DNA of 32,000 nucleotides from Haloferax volcanii DS2 (GTDB lineage: Archaea > Halobacteriota > Halobacteria > Halobacteriales > Haloferacaceae), in NCBI RefSeq assembly GCF_000025685.1, contig NC_013966.1, positions 570,001 through 602,000 of the forward strand, written 5' to 3'. Every line of letters begins with the position of its first letter. Position 1 is the first letter of the stretch. The position numbers and the translations under genes were made by a program. Below are positions 31,690 to 32,000 of the stretch, one piece after another. The notes under the pieces were generated by a model. It was given only the letters and a program-made list of their open reading frames with translations, made no database searches and was not told where the DNA came from.

Positions 31690-32000
31690 TACAGAGGGTC
31701 AGTGAACTAATAGGTTAAACGAGCATATATACTTGTCTGACAATCCCACACTCTGATTTCTCCGACTGTTAGGGTTCAAAATCTGCAAGTAAAGTGGTTG
31801 TAACAATCTATACCAACTCAGACTTTCAATACATCCAACAGTAATAGAATCCGACCAGAAGACGACCGCGTATCCCGTTTTTGGATGGCGAGCGTCGTTT
31901 CTAGATGAGGAAATAGATTCGTACTGTCAGTTAGTCACACGAGCACGACGGTTCGGCAGTAGCATCGACTGAGAATACGTGTGCGGTTGGCGACGGCCCT
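31690..32000. other. AT-rich segment of about 300 bp with no tracked ORF, at the window edge
   Basis: It is visibly AT-rich relative to the rest of the window and has no ORF of 60 aa or more in the track. It contains TATA-like AAGTATATATGC (minus strand, about 31722-31733). Confidence 0.8.

Noticed and set aside
1-32000. A search for CRISPR repeats, IS elements or transposases, integrases, toxin-antitoxin pairs, and known defence-system hallmarks (nucleases, helicases, methyltransferases).
   Set aside because: I saw no regularly spaced repeats and no ORF with transposase, integrase, nuclease or methyltransferase motifs. The small repeats present are local promoter or spacer repeats.

Overview
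The window has high GC, strongly acidic predicted proteins, a twin-arginine/lipobox lipoprotein signal, and AT-rich TATA-like boxes about 25-35 nt upstream of many start codons. This fits a haloarchaeal (Halobacteria) replicon. I found no rRNA, tRNA, CRISPR array, transposase, integrase or recognisable defence genes. Layout: (i) 1-803 is the 3' part of an MFS transporter gene. (ii) 870-18930 is a tightly packed, divergently organised cluster of 17 genes (about 18 kb). Its minus arm carries an NTF2/SnoaL-like protein, an LLM flavin/F420 oxidoreductase, an isochorismatase-like amidase, a hydantoinase-type cyclic amidohydrolase, a class III CoA-transferase, an HMG-CoA-lyase-like lyase and a LeuC/LeuD-like Fe-S hydro-lyase. 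Its plus arm carries a FAD_binding_2 flavoprotein, a Tat-lipoprotein solute-binding protein with a LivHMGF-type ABC importer, two MmgE/PrpD paralogues and an IclR regulator. (iii) 18931-19596 is an AT-rich spacer with no convincing ORF. (iv) Next come a CBS-less IMPDH/GMP-reductase-family gene and a GlmU-like sugar nucleotidyltransferase. (v) 22.4-27.3 kb is regulator-rich: REC-PAS-GAF, Rrf2, HxlR, two hypothetical proteins, a small ORF and an ArsR-like wHTH. (vi) A second glmU-like gene is coupled to glmS. (vii) The window ends with a membrane-anchored wHTH gene and an AT-rich, ORF-free tail. The best candidate for an undescribed system is the 18 kb catabolic cluster, because I cannot map its enzyme combination onto any pathway I know. 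My working hypothesis has two stages. First, a cyclic amide or ureide is taken up, its ring is opened and the product is deamidated. Second, a branched di/tricarboxylate skeleton is desaturated, hydrated, CoA-activated and cleaved. All family calls come from motifs read by eye in the translations. No database search was possible, so functions are family-level only. Most long alternative-frame ORFs in the track (Arg/Pro/Gly-rich) are high-GC artefacts.
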